DNA of 16,293 bases from Candidatus Bathyarchaeia archaeon. Lineage in GTDB: Archaea; Thermoproteota; Bathyarchaeia; Bathyarchaeales; Bathycorpusculaceae. The notes beneath the pieces were generated by a model. The model was not told the origin of the DNA. It did not search any database and saw only the letters and a list, made by a program, of their open reading frames with translations. The stretch lies in the NCBI GenBank assembly GCA_037481775.1, contig JBBFKZ010000027.1:1-16293 (forward strand), given 5' to 3'. Below are positions 15,325 to 16,293 of the stretch, one piece after another. Every line of letters begins with the position of its first letter. Position 1 is the stretch's first letter. A program made the translations under genes and the position numbers.

Positions 15325-16225
15325 ACCAAAAACCATAACGGTTGGTGCTCTACTGCTTCTAAGCCTACTATTTTTATCGGCGCCACAGCTATTCGGAGTG
15401 AAAATAGCTAAAGCAGCCAATGCTGGCGTCATCTACGGTCCCAACTATCATATAGAATACCTTGATCTTCCCGGGGAAGAACAGCTCACCAGAGATGTCT
15501 GTACGTACATGATGAACATGTTTGTATCTTATGGATACAATTACGGCTGGCTATACAAATGTGTTGACAGTGCGGCAACAAGATCGGCGTACGGTAGTAA
15601 CGCCTACTATGCTGAAACGCACTACAGCGCTGCAACAGTATTCACTAAAGGACACGCCTCAGAGTATAAATGCAATCCGAATGGACCAAAACATCACTAT
15701 TTAATGGACACTAACGGCTTGCACGTGGAAGATGATTATATATGGCCTAACACGCCGTATGGTCGACATCGATTTGTTTGCACATGGCATTGCGGCACAA
15801 CAATGGATTACCCTGGCACAATTTGTCCATACTGCGGTGGTCGGACATCGCTTCCTTACGCTTGGACTCACAGCAACACTATGAACCTCGAAGCCTATAC
15901 ATCATCGACTGGTAATTACGTCTACATAGGACATGAAGGGTACTCGCCACAATTTCTAAATCCAACTGGCTGGGGGAGCTACAATCACGCTCATTACGTC
16001 TACTACCTCTACTTGTACCTTCTACAGTATCATATGAACGTGCGCGACGCTGCGAGCTGGGCAGCATATTACACTTTCGGAAACTATTATTTGCCAGCAA
16101 CCCAGTTGTATACGCTGCATTGGGTTGACCCACCAGACCCACCTCCACCAAACCCGCCATTTCCAGGTTTTTGGAGCAGGATGCACATCTTCGGCAACGG
16201 AAACTTGGGATTACCAGGGTATTAA
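15320..16225 (+). CDS. Secreted Tyr-rich protein, putative His-Cys (clan CD-like) peptidase; paralog 2
   Basis: Signal peptide; ATVFTKGH, FVCTWHCGT, SLPYAWTH, YIGHEGYSPQF and IFGN motifs shared with 11977..12828. Confidence 0.6.
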   Translation: MKPKTITVGALLLLSLLFLSAPQLFGVKIAKAANAGVIYGPNYHIEYLDLPGEEQLTRDVCTYMMNMFVSYGYNYGWLYKCVDSAATRSAYGSNAYYAETHYSAATVFTKGHASEYKCNPNGPKHHYLMDTNGLHVEDDYIWPNTPYGRHRFVCTWHCGTTMDYPGTICPYCGGRTSLPYAWTHSNTMNLEAYTSSTGNYVYIGHEGYSPQFLNPTGWGSYNHAHYVYYLYLYLLQYHMNVRDAASWAAYYTFGNYYLPATQLYTLHWVDPPDPPPPNPPFPGFWSRMHIFGNGNLGLPGY

Positions 16226-16240
16226 AGGAGCGAATAACAA

Positions 16241-16293
16241 ATGAGAAAACTTGTAACAAAAGTTCGCGGGCTTTTGATTCTTGCCGCAATTCT
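16241..16293 (+). CDS. 5' end of a signal-peptide-bearing gene, positional counterpart of 12849..14012
   Basis: AAAGGAGCGAATAACAA-ATG mirrors AAAGGAGTGAATAACAAGAA-ATG; reads MRKLVTKVRGLLILAAI to the window edge. Confidence 0.65.
   Translation, partial: MRKLVTKVRGLLILAAI

Larger units (their letters stand above)
7771..16293. mobile_element. Probable integrative element / genomic island; right end outside the window
   Basis: att-like fragment, tyrosine integrase, small DNA-binding ORFs, changed base composition and accessory secreted-protein cargo. Inclusion of the cargo beyond ~10900 is inferred. Confidence 0.65.

Noticed and set aside
11977-16225. Tyr/Asn-rich paralogs as diversity-generating retroelement targets
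   Set aside because: No reverse transcriptase and no TR/VR pair differing only at adenines; the shared DNA is the 5' leader.
128-16289. Numerous short antisense or overlapping ORFs (e.g. 2236..2586, 2583..2963, 5753..6118, 9428..9733, 15879..16289)
   Set aside because: They are shadows of well-supported genes and have no motifs of their own.

Overview
Archaeal DNA; gene style and content suggest Bathyarchaeia, which is an inference. Bases 1-~7770 are host backbone: the end of pantoate kinase plus archaeal coaD, a CblT/CblS-like (alpha-ribazole salvage) pair, mntP, a TIM-barrel sugar-phosphate isomerase, tRNA-Ser(GCT), and a small-protein/lsrF/Zn-dehydrogenase operon. Divergent from the CblT/CblS pair is an unusual ribbon-helix-helix protein fused to a degenerate CblS paralog, with a perfect 18-bp palindrome between them. 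From ~7771 to the window end lies a probable tRNA-integrated element: a tRNA-3'-end-like att fragment, an intact tyrosine integrase and small DNA-binding genes. Its cargo is a membrane-anchored winged-helix regulator and secreted-protein genes sharing a tandem palindromic operator (TGTCCTA-N5-TAGTACA, 4 copies). The cargo includes a duplicated cassette of a His/Cys caspase/gingipain-fold-like protein plus a partner (PepSY-like and membrane-anchored in the one complete copy), and a possible neprosin-like glutamic peptidase. Family assignments come from motif recognition by eye, not database searches.
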